A DNA stretch of 57,092 nucleotides, from IMG/VR virus record IMGVR_UViG_3300043446_004177, positions 1-57,092 of that record; one strand, written 5' to 3'. Each line of letters starts with the position of its first letter. The stretch's first letter is position 1. The translations under genes were made by a program, and so were the position numbers. The DNA comes from a virus. Lineage: Duplodnaviria > Caudoviricetes. The notes under the pieces were generated by a model, which made no database searches, had not been told where the DNA came from, and saw only the letters and a program-made list of their open reading frames with translations. Below are positions 9,610 through 16,419 of this stretch, in pieces.

Positions 9610-9895
9610 GCCGAATAGATATTTTAGATATCCAAAACACCCACTATCCAAAACGAGGGCTAAGAGCTTGATTTTATTGTATAATATTTTATAGATATAT
9701 AGATATATATATAGATATATATACCTTCTCTCTCTTTAGTTTGAAAACAGTCTCCATGTCTATCTCTCTATCTCTATCTATTATTGTCTCTGTTTCTATC
9801 TCTATATATCTCTCTCTTAAGACTATCCATTCTAGCCTAATATCTGTAATGATTTCAATGGCTTATAAAATATCAAAAAAAACTATCTATCTAAG
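9610..9895. other. AT-rich non-coding region with TAGA/TATC repeats flanked by inverted IHF-like sites; candidate origin or packaging-control region
   Basis: ATAGATATATAG runs, then TATCTCTCTA runs. AATCAAGCTCTTA (minus, 9661-9673) and TTTCAATGGCTTA (plus, 9853-9865) fit WATCAANNNNTTR with 0 and 1 mismatch. Confidence 0.5.
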
Positions 9896-9896
9896 T

Positions 9897-9917
9897 AAAA
9901 GGGCCCCGAAGGGCCCT
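9897..9917 (-). terminator. Intrinsic terminator ending the leftward early genes
   Basis: AGGGCCC-TTCGG-GGCCC-TTTT on the minus strand, immediately after the stop of 9917..10132. Confidence 0.75.
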
Positions 9918-10132
9918 CAACCGAACATCTCCCTTACAAAATCTTCAACAGAGCCGCCATAGGACGGCCTGAGCGCCCATCTCTGCGTACGCGCCACAAA
10001 CACTTTCCCCTCGCGATGGAGGTCTCCTGCGGTCATTATAAGCGAACTCCACCGTTCCCCTTGGTCGTCTTCTTTGAGGATCCAGATCCCATCCGCATCC
10101 TCATCGATTCTGACTGTGCGCCCGATCCTCAT
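9917..10132 (-). CDS. Hypothetical protein (71 aa)
   Basis: ATGA overlap with the upstream gene; followed by a terminator. Confidence 0.7.
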   Translation of the reverse strand: MRIGRTVRIDEDADGIWILKEDDQGERWSSLIMTAGDLHREGKVFVARTQRWALRPSYGGSVEDFVREMFG

Positions 10133-10413
10133 GCCGCCACCCGACCATGCTCGTCATAGTAAGCCTCGTAGGCTTCTCTGATGTAATCGACATAACGCTG
10201 TGCAGCGCGCTCAGGGGTCGGGCCCCAGATCATGACACCGAAGACATCGAGCGGGTCTTCGAAGTTTTCTTCTTGCATAACGGCATAGGGCGCGTTGGGG
10301 TCGCTCCGAAAGCCGGGGTAGCAGATCTCGAACGTGATGGTGTCGCGATAGTCCGCGAGGGGTCCGTAGATCTCTTTGCCGACGAAGGGGTTTTTTACGG
10401 TTACGGTCTGCAT
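10129..10413 (-). CDS. Hypothetical early protein (94 aa)
   Basis: Preceded by the recurring TAGATTGGAGAT RBS. Confidence 0.8.
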   Translation of the reverse strand: MQTVTVKNPFVGKEIYGPLADYRDTITFEICYPGFRSDPNAPYAVMQEENFEDPLDVFGVMIWGPTPERAAQRYVDYIREAYEAYYDEHGRVAA

Positions 10414-10463
10414 TTTCTATCTCCAATCTAAAAGGTGGGTGGGGGCCGAAGCCCCCTAGTTAA

Positions 10464-10779
10464 TCAGGCAAGAGAACGAAGATAGTCTGGGAGATCTTCT
10501 TCTCGTCCTCCGCCGCCTAGAATAAAGGCAACTTCTGAGACTTCTTCTTCGTATGCCTCCGATCCGTAGACCGTGCGCGAAAAATACCAGTTGTCCTCGT
10601 TGATCTCGCCGACTGCTCGAACACGCTCTGCCAGACGCTCGCACTGAGCGAAGGTGAGATCAATGCGTTTGTGAAGGAACACCACACCCTTATGGGTGGT
10701 AGCAGAAACATAAAAGCCCGGGCAATTAGGGATAATCTCGGAAGCGGGGCCAGTTGGTGACGGATTTAATCTTTGTCAT
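10464..10779 (-). pseudogene. Frameshifted small early gene
   Basis: The strong RBS (CAGGAGA) and ATG at 10779 give only MTKIKSVTNWPRFRDYP*. The +1 frame (..TGPASEIIPNCPGFYVSATTHKGVVFLHKR..YGSEAYEEE..) is open from 10775 to the stop at 10464. Confidence 0.55.
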
Positions 10780-10870
10780 TTTAAAATCTCCTGTTTAACA
10801 TCTAGAGGGCACCAGCGCCCTGCCCGATCCTTGTCTCACGAATCGCAACCCAGTGCAAGCAGAAAATTGC
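10780..10870 (-). promoter_or_regulatory. Repeated early promoter/leader cassette, copy A
   Basis: T-tract, CTTGCAC (-35-like, 10853-10858), TG at the extended -10 position, GC hairpin, CTAGAT, then RBS. Same layout at about 12.36, 12.76 and 16.79 kb. Confidence 0.6.
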
Positions 10871-10872
10871 AG

Positions 10873-11115
10873 TCACTCCTCATTTTCTTTGTATTCAAGA
10901 AAACCTTTTAAAAGGGTAAAAAATTCGGCCAGTTGCTCGGCATCAAAGCTCGTAATGCCAGCCACAGGTTTCCATTTTGTTTTGTCTCCAATATCGACCA
11001 AGGCTTCCATGGAAAAGCTTTTTACCGAGGGGCTCTCATAGTCTATTTTTACACGAAACCCAGCGCCGTTCTGGGTCGAAATCGTCAGCTCTTTCATCCA
11101 ATGGTGATAGCTCAT
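10873..11115 (-). CDS. Hypothetical protein (80 aa)
   Basis: AAGGAG RBS; co-oriented with the operon. Confidence 0.75.
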   Translation of the reverse strand: MSYHHWMKELTISTQNGAGFRVKIDYESPSVKSFSMEALVDIGDKTKWKPVAGITSFDAEQLAEFFTLLKGFLEYKENEE

Positions 11116-11128
11116 TTTTCAATCTCCT

Positions 11129-11329
11129 TTACTGCAAATTTATCTGTTCACCGCTCGGCGGCTGGCAAACGCCCTCGACGATCAAGTTGTGCGCCATGCG
11201 GCCGTAGCGGCCCTGCAAGCGCCATACGAGGCCCGTGTCGATCAAGGCCTGCCAAGCCTCAATGACGGTTTCGAAGTCAACTGGGCCTGCCTCGCCTTCG
11301 ATGATTTCAATTGCGTCTAGCGTGTTCAT
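11129..11329 (-). CDS. Small helical phage protein, paralog of 11329..11517
   Basis: DAIEIIE..AWQALIDTGLVWRLQGRYGRMAHNLIVEGVC; AGGAGG RBS and TAATG coupling. Confidence 0.8.
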   Translation of the reverse strand: MNTLDAIEIIEGEAGPVDFETVIEAWQALIDTGLVWRLQGRYGRMAHNLIVEGVCQPPSGEQINLQ

Positions 11330-11517
11330 TATGCGGCCTCCTTCTTGCTATAACAGATACCGAAGTCGATCAGATACTGAGCTTCCTGAGCGTATTCTGC
11401 GCCCAGATCCCAGATCAGGTCAAAATCTATCAAGGTCTGATAGGCATTGGCTACGACGTAGAAATCCGCATCTTCGTCGGCGTATTGTACAATATTGATT
11501 GCGTCTTGGATGGTCAT
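11329..11517 (-). CDS. Small acidic helical phage protein, paralog of 11129..11329
   Basis: DAINIVQ..AYQTLIDFDLIWDLGAEYAQEAQYLIDFGIC; GGAGG RBS. Confidence 0.8.
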   Translation of the reverse strand: MTIQDAINIVQYADEDADFYVVANAYQTLIDFDLIWDLGAEYAQEAQYLIDFGICYSKKEAA

Positions 11518-11530
11518 AATAACCTCCCCC

Positions 11531-12289
11531 TCAGTCCATAAACTCTGCGCGTGACGGGCGCGCGAGGATTGTCTGCTTCACGCCGTCGCGTGTGCCGTGT
11601 TCCTTTACGGTGGCCGAGAAGCGCACAAGCTCGCCCTTCGTGACCTGCTGCGGATAGCTGTCGATCACATTGACCAGAAGCTTGGCACCCTTGTGAATCA
11701 GCATGTTGCCAGCTGCGTCGCGCAAGCCGTGAACGTGCGTCGTGCCGAAAACGCCTTCGTAGGACGTCACGAAGACGACTGTGGCATCGACCGTGATACG
11801 CTCGCCGACAGTGCCGACCCAGCCAGATGCGGCGTCCTGCGCCTTCTTGGCAAGCTCGCGCTCGATCGTCTTCTGGACGGCTGCAACCTGCGCGTCAGAA
11901 AGCGTGCCGTACTTGCGGCCCTTGGAGATCACGTCATCTACGAACGCAGGCACATGGTCGAGCTTTGCTACAGCGAGAAGCAGGTCGGCGTAGAGCGCGT
12001 CGAAAGCGGTTTCGCGTGCATGTACTTCAGCAGCCTTTTTTGCTGCCTTGGCATTTGTTTTGGCATTGAGCTTGTCAAGCTGTTCAGCCGTGTAGACAGG
12101 CACGTCACGGGTGCGGCCTTTGAAGCCATGGCCGCGGCACTCGAAGCATGTTGTGCCGTCGATTTGGTTATAGCTGTAATGGCCTGAGCCGCCGCAACGG
12201 CCGCAGGGATAAGGCTGGGCTGCTGAATGACCGCGTGCGGTCGATTGGACTTCACCAGAAACTTCTTGGCCTGAGCGATAGTAGAACAT
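11531..12289 (-). CDS. Zinc-finger (CxxCxGxG twice) protein with a C-terminal OB-fold-like domain
   Basis: CGRCGGSG..CFECRGHG; WVGTVGER..V..V..GxFG..ATVKEH..DGVKQTILARP. Confidence 0.7.
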   Translation of the reverse strand: MFYYRSGQEVSGEVQSTARGHSAAQPYPCGRCGGSGHYSYNQIDGTTCFECRGHGFKGRTRDVPVYTAEQLDKLNAKTNAKAAKKAAEVHARETAFDALYADLLLAVAKLDHVPAFVDDVISKGRKYGTLSDAQVAAVQKTIERELAKKAQDAASGWVGTVGERITVDATVVFVTSYEGVFGTTHVHGLRDAAGNMLIHKGAKLLVNVIDSYPQQVTKGELVRFSATVKEHGTRDGVKQTILARPSRAEFMD

Positions 12290-12372
12290 TTTGCAATCTC
12301 CAATCTAGTCGGGGCCGTCCCCGAACAAGAATCATAAAATCATAAATCCAAAACCAGTGCAAGTAGAAAATT
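12290..12372 (-). promoter_or_regulatory. Repeated early promoter/leader cassette, copy B
   Basis: TTTTCTACTTGCAC (12357-12362), hairpin GGGGAC-GG-CCCC, CTAGATTGGAGATTGC, then ATG. Confidence 0.6.
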
Positions 12373-12384
12373 ACACGAACCTAT

Positions 12385-12415
12385 AAAAAAAAGAGGGGCC
12401 CATCAAAGGGCCCCT
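12385..12415 (-). terminator. Intrinsic terminator
   Basis: AGGGGCCC-TTTGAT-GGGCCCCT followed by CTTTTTTTT. Confidence 0.8.
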
Positions 12416-12462
12416 AAGTCGGGAGGACTACCCTACAATGGAAAGGGGAGTCCGCCTTTTTA

Positions 12463-12687
12463 TCACAGGCTTGCCTGCTCCTCAATCTGGTTGAGGTACC
12501 ACTGGACGTGCTCTTCGAACGTGCGGCTAGCATTGCCCTTGACCATTTGCGCGATGAACACCTCAAGCGCCATCTCATACATGGAGCGGGCATAGATGCC
12601 ATCCGCCGAGAAACCCTGACGGACTGCATCAGCAGCGTATGCCTTGCGAAGACGGTCACATGTGGCGAAAATTTCAATCGAACTCAT
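12463..12687 (-). CDS. Hypothetical early protein (74 aa)
   Basis: Has its own promoter cassette, TGGAGA RBS and downstream terminator. Confidence 0.75.
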   Translation of the reverse strand: MSSIEIFATCDRLRKAYAADAVRQGFSADGIYARSMYEMALEVFIAQMVKGNASRTFEEHVQWYLNQIEEQASL

Positions 12688-12770
12688 ATCGCAATCTCCA
12701 ATCTAGGCGGCCCCTTGGCCGACACATAATCCGTACCAGTTGCTGCAGAATATTGCAAGCACAAAAATAG
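12688..12770 (-). promoter_or_regulatory. Repeated early promoter/leader cassette, copy C
   Basis: TTTTTGTGCTTGCAA (12753-12758), 17 bp, TACGGA with upstream TG, GGCC..GGCC hairpin, CTAGATTGGAGATTGC, then ATG. Confidence 0.6.
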
Positions 12771-12799
12771 AAAAAAGAGGGGGTCGAAACCCCCTCTTT
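12771..12799 (-). terminator. Intrinsic terminator closing the pentamer array
   Basis: AAAGAGGGGGT-TTCG-ACCCCCTCTTT-TTT, 4 nt after the last pentamer. Confidence 0.85.
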
Positions 12800-12803
12800 A
12801 TGT

Positions 12804-13415
12804 TTGCGGTGCTTGGCCTATCCTGACCGTGCGCCGCCTTGTCACGCCTGCTTTGCATTACACAGCATTGCCCCGCCATACGACGCCTCGTCTTGCCTGC
12901 CGTGCCTCGCCATGCCGCACCGAGCCGCGCTCTGCCCAGCCCGTCCCAGTACTGCCGAGCCTGCCTTGCTGCGCCATGCCGCACCGAGCTGCGCCTTGCC
13001 TAGCCTGCCTTGCCGATCCGGTCGATGCCGCGCCTTGCAAGTCCCAGCCGTGCCGTGCCTGCCTTGCCTGACCTCGCCCAAACTAGCCTCACACTGCCGT
13101 GCCTTGCCTGCCTTGCCACGGCTCGCCGCGACTCGTCAGACCAGTACGCGCCTCGCCTTGCCTGCCCCGCCTTGCCTCGCATTGCCGAGCAGTGCCTAGT
13201 CTCGCCTGCGTTGCCCCGCCTTGCTATGACAATCCATGGCTCACCGTGTCGTGCCGTGCCTGCCTCGCCAGACGTTGCCAGACCTAGCCATACCGTGTCC
13301 CGCCTCGCCTGCCTTGCGTGGTCATGCCTAGCGTATCCTCGGCTCGCCGTACCGTGCCTGCCTTGCCCTGCTGTGCGTTACCGAACCACCAGCGCCCAGC
13401 ATTGCGAAGCCTGCC
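12804..13415 (-). ncRNA. Array of 12 putative guide-RNA units made of GGY-NN pentamers (VIPR-like array)
   Basis: Hand parsing gives 112 pentamers: 68 start with exact GGC/GGT, 41 have one mismatch and 3 have two. Units have 8-12 pentamers and each begins with a 4-nt NGCA phase break. The array lies between a stop codon and a terminator, downstream of a Cas7-like gene. Confidence 0.8.
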
Positions 13416-13422
13416 ATTTGGC

Positions 13423-13857
13423 TTAGGCAGCATTCTCAAGAAGAAGTTTCTCCTTGAGACTCTCGATGTGTTCGATGATCTCATCGAGCTCTGGCGCAGC
13501 CAGATTCTTAAGCATCGTCGCACACGTCGTGAGTGTCATGAGTACGAGCGTGATACGATCAGCGTGACGAACCACAACCTGCTGTGTGGCTTCATAACCT
13601 GATCCCGTCGGCGATCGTACGAATACTGGAACCCGCACCACTTCATTATCGGAGCGGATCACCTCAACCTTTACACGTTTGATCAGTGCGCGAGCCTGTT
13701 GCAAACGATAAAGATGAGAAGCCTCATTATCATCCCACACAAATTGATTGTGCATGGATGAATTGGGGTTTCTTGCTGCCTCGACAACCTGTTCAGGTTC
13801 GAGAACACCCCCCACTGCAAGCTGTTGAAGCTCGTCTTTTATTGCGTTGATGTCCAT
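13423..13857 (-). CDS. Partner protein of the Cas7-like gene (144 aa from MDINAIK)
   Basis: G.LEPEQVVEAARNPNSSMHNQFVWDD.EA..YRLQQARALI motif. It starts 2 nt after the Cas7-like stop and ends 7 nt before the array. Confidence 0.75.
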   Translation of the reverse strand: MDINAIKDELQQLAVGGVLEPEQVVEAARNPNSSMHNQFVWDDNEASHLYRLQQARALIKRVKVEVIRSDNEVVRVPVFVRSPTGSGYEATQQVVVRHADRITLVLMTLTTCATMLKNLAAPELDEIIEHIESLKEKLLLENAA

Positions 13858-13858
13858 A

Positions 13859-14494
13859 TCAAGCTCTTTCAATTTCAAACGTCCCAAAACCTAAACCTGT
13901 TGATGATTTGGAATCATGTCGGCCTTCACCAATACCGACCTGAACACCAGCACGCATAAGCAAGTTGGTCACATCGGTAAGAGTAAATTGATCGGCATCG
14001 TATTTCACACGCAGATCAATATGCCACTTGCGCCACATCGGCCGCACGCGAATATCGACAACACCTGTCGCATTTCGTGTGTGCATATCGAGGCGCTCCC
14101 AATCGCCGTGTAAGTGAACAAGAGGAACACCATCGACAGCGTCGAACGTGTCTGCCTCGACAAAGATAGAAAGCTTTGCAAGCGTCATCTTAAAACCAAC
14201 GAGACGACACGCAGAGATCATAGCATTACGAAACGCGCCCGCGGGTACGCCGTTCTTGCCATCAACACCGATATGCATTGCATCTCTACAGTCTTGATCA
14301 AAGTCACGCGCGTCACGCACTTTCTTGCCTTTGGCTGTGCCGCCTGCTTCCATCTTCGCCATCATGGCAAGCTTTGCTTTTTGTGAAAATCGAGCTTGTA
14401 CAAAAGGCGCAGTACCAATCAGCTTAAAGCTTGCTGTCTGGATTTTTGGTGCAGTGATTGCAACAATTTCTGTCTTCTTTGTTTTATCTAACAT
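13859..14494 (-). CDS. Cas7/RAMP-superfamily-like RNA-binding protein (Vipr-like)
   Basis: N-terminal strand FKLIGTAPF; VPAGAFRNAM (compare the IPGSSLKG motif of Cas7-group RAMPs); IRVRPMWRKW; C-terminal glycine-rich loop AGVQVGIGEGR..GLGFGTF. Confidence 0.8.
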   Translation of the reverse strand: MLDKTKKTEIVAITAPKIQTASFKLIGTAPFVQARFSQKAKLAMMAKMEAGGTAKGKKVRDARDFDQDCRDAMHIGVDGKNGVPAGAFRNAMISACRLVGFKMTLAKLSIFVEADTFDAVDGVPLVHLHGDWERLDMHTRNATGVVDIRVRPMWRKWHIDLRVKYDADQFTLTDVTNLLMRAGVQVGIGEGRHDSKSSTGLGFGTFEIERA

Positions 14495-14567
14495 TTTATT
14501 ATTCCCTCTGAATGCCCCTGAACAGCGGGGCCCTGTCTTAAATTTATTTATTTATTCATCCTTTCAT

Positions 14568-14792
14568 TCATGGCCGCTCCAGCATCCCGCAATAGCCATG
14601 GGTTGTGCTGTAGATAGCAGGCCATGAATCCGTCTCAGGATCTTTCTCTTCAGCGTATCGCATCAGCCTCCACCGCCATGCCATGCACTTTGGGCCAGCG
14701 CACAAATCTTTTCCTTCAATCGCGCCCATACTTATTGGGCAGTATAAATCCTCAGCCTCTTCAGGCGTTATATAATGCGGATGGTCCATCAC
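14568..14792 (-). CDS. Small Cys-containing hypothetical protein
   Basis: YCP..C.GPKCMAWRW..GYCG pattern. Confidence 0.7.
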   Translation of the reverse strand: MMDHPHYITPEEAEDLYCPISMGAIEGKDLCAGPKCMAWRWRLMRYAEEKDPETDSWPAIYSTTHGYCGMLERP

Positions 14793-15016
14793 TCTTTATC
14801 CTTTAGTGCGTCAAGAAGAGATGGAAAACCTTGAGGTATTTTAGGTTGATCATATAAAATATGATTAGCCCAACGATCCGCAAATTCTTTTACCATCTGT
14901 TTATCAATAATTCCCCGCAACCGCTCAATTTCAGTGATGCCTTTATCTAAAGCAAATAGCGCATCAGGGTCGTTGGTTTTGTCTAATGCTTTTTGCATTA
15001 ATTCAACGAGGTCCAT
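14789..15016 (-). CDS. Hypothetical protein (start revised to MDLVEL)
   Basis: TAATG coupling with the upstream gene; EIERLR motif. Confidence 0.65.
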   Translation of the reverse strand: MDLVELMQKALDKTNDPDALFALDKGITEIERLRGIIDKQMVKEFADRWANHILYDQPKIPQGFPSLLDALKDKE

Positions 15017-15249
15017 TACTCTTTCTCCTTCAGCGCGGTGCGGGCTTGATATGCTCTCCCACATTGTGACGGATGCGTTAGCAATGAAACGCATACATTG
15101 CCTTCACCAATCTTCCGCAATGCTTCCCGCAACCGATTGCGTTCTTCACGCAATTTCTCAATCTCGTCGGCGGCTTCTTCGCACCAATCGCCTGTTTCAG
15201 AGAAATGAATTTCTGCAATTTTTCGCAACCGTTCAACGATGTCCATCAC
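15016..15249 (-). CDS. Hypothetical protein
   Basis: MDIVERLR..EAADEIEKLR, a common small phage protein pattern; GGAGG RBS. Confidence 0.75.
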   Translation of the reverse strand: MMDIVERLRKIAEIHFSETGDWCEEAADEIEKLREERNRLREALRKIGEGNVCVSLLTHPSQCGRAYQARTALKEKE

Positions 15250-15452
15250 TCACCTCCAAATCCCTTCAACGTGTAACTAATACTATCAAACGTATAGTCA
15301 CCGTATTTTTCCAACGTGCGTTGCAATGAATCAATCTTCTTTCGTAATGCCATACAAGCATTCAAAGCATTGTCACGCTGACGCTCTGCTTCAGCAAGCT
15401 GCTTACGCAATTCGATAATGTGCTTGATCGTCAGGTCGTCAGCGTGTCTCAT
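15246..15452 (-). CDS. Coiled-coil hypothetical protein (start revised to MRHADD)
   Basis: Fits between its neighbours in the operon; heptad-like sequence. Confidence 0.65.
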   Translation of the reverse strand: MRHADDLTIKHIIELRKQLAEAERQRDNALNACMALRKKIDSLQRTLEKYGDYTFDSISYTLKGFGGE

Positions 15453-15453
15453 T

Positions 15454-15813
15454 TTATTGCCCCAATGCTTGTTCAATGTCACCGCGGACAGTCGGTAGAT
15501 TGACCGCGCCACCTTCGCCACCAAGGGTTGCATAGCCTGCAACATCATCCCAATGGTCTCGATGATTCTGATTGCCATTCAACAGGCGAGCAAGCTTCAT
15601 AGCAATTGCCTCAAGCGACTCTTTCTGTTGATCGTTCAGGTTCTGCCAGTTGCGGCCCGAACGCATGACGTCCTTCAAAGATTGAGACAGGCTCGCCGTC
15701 TCTTTGTAAATGCCATGGGTCTTTTCTTTTTTTGACAATGAAACATTGATATCCATTTTAGATTCCTCTGATGTTAAAGATGCTGATTTAAGCATTTCCG
15801 AAAGTTTTGTCAT
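15454..15813 (-). CDS. DUF6378-like phage protein
   Basis: THG.Y..ESLEAIAMKLARLLNG..HRDHWDDVAGYATL. Confidence 0.7.
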   Translation of the reverse strand: MTKLSEMLKSASLTSEESKMDINVSLSKKEKTHGIYKETASLSQSLKDVMRSGRNWQNLNDQQKESLEAIAMKLARLLNGNQNHRDHWDDVAGYATLGGEGGAVNLPTVRGDIEQALGQ

Positions 15814-16097
15814 TTAACCTTTTTCCATTTAGTTGGCTCGACCAACGTGAACGTGCTCGCTGTTCGGCCGTTTTCATCATAATTGCGATTTACTTTTATT
15901 GCGCCGCGCTTGATCAACATTCGCATGTTGGAAGACACGGTCCATGAGTTTATATCAAGCTCCTTTGCTAGAGTGACGTACAGGGTAGAGAAGTTGATGT
16001 GGATTCCGTACTTGAGAAACAACCTGATCCACAAGACCTTGGCAGATGACGAGATCTTCTCGTCAACCAACACAAGAAGTAAAACATTATAATCCAT
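15810..16097 (-). CDS. Winged helix-turn-helix protein
   Basis: ISSSAKVLW..TLAKELDINSWTVSSNMRMLIKRGAIKV. Confidence 0.65.
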   Translation of the reverse strand: MDYNVLLLVLVDEKISSSAKVLWIRLFLKYGIHINFSTLYVTLAKELDINSWTVSSNMRMLIKRGAIKVNRNYDENGRTASTFTLVEPTKWKKVK

Positions 16098-16419
16098 TGA
16101 TGATTGCTTCCTTTAAAGCTTCTCCTGTGGCGAAATGGTTTTTCTCATTGTCATTGCCGATAGCATCAGCGAGTGCCCGAGCCTTGATCTGGTTATCGCC
16201 AGAGATTGTAAAGACGCGCACGGGGATAGCATCGACATCAGACACGGTCGTATCGGCAATGACGCGAAACTTGGTCACACGACCTTTACGATCAACCTTG
16301 ATTGCACGCGCCAATCGCCAATCCGAATAGCGTGTGGTTTTCAATTTGATTGTGGTGCTGCTGCGGTCAAACCTGACCGCAACAATATCGCCTTTTACTG
16401 CAATTGAAGAAGGTTCCAT
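16087..16419 (-). CDS. Hypothetical protein (start revised to MEPSS)
   Basis: AGGAGG RBS and TAATG coupling. Confidence 0.7.
   Translation of the reverse strand: MEPSSIAVKGDIVAVRFDRSSTTIKLKTTRYSDWRLARAIKVDRKGRVTKFRVIADTTVSDVDAIPVRVFTISGDNQIKARALADAIGNDNEKNHFATGEALKEAIINGL

Noticed and set aside
9741-9962. 73-aa Ser/Ile-rich plus-strand ORF
   Set aside because: It is a translation of the low-complexity TATC repeat tract, opposite to the local gene orientation.
12804-13415. Canonical CRISPR array or simple microsatellite
   Set aside because: There are no 23-50 bp identical repeats with unique spacers. It is also not a homogeneous satellite, because positions 4-5 of each pentamer vary freely while positions 1-3 and the unit boundaries are constrained.
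12804-13415. Self-targets of the array units in this genome, and protein-like readings of the NN strings (for example U7 resembling an RDYWD lysozyme motif)
   Set aside because: Limited inspection by eye found no convincing match. Any dinucleotide string can be read as amino acids, so this needs a computed gapped search with controls.
12703-13602. Many overlapping Arg/Ala/Cys/Pro-rich ORFs on both strands over the pentamer array
   Set aside because: They are by-products of a GC-rich 5-nt periodic sequence with few stop codons. They have no convincing RBS, and a 5-nt period does not fit codon structure.
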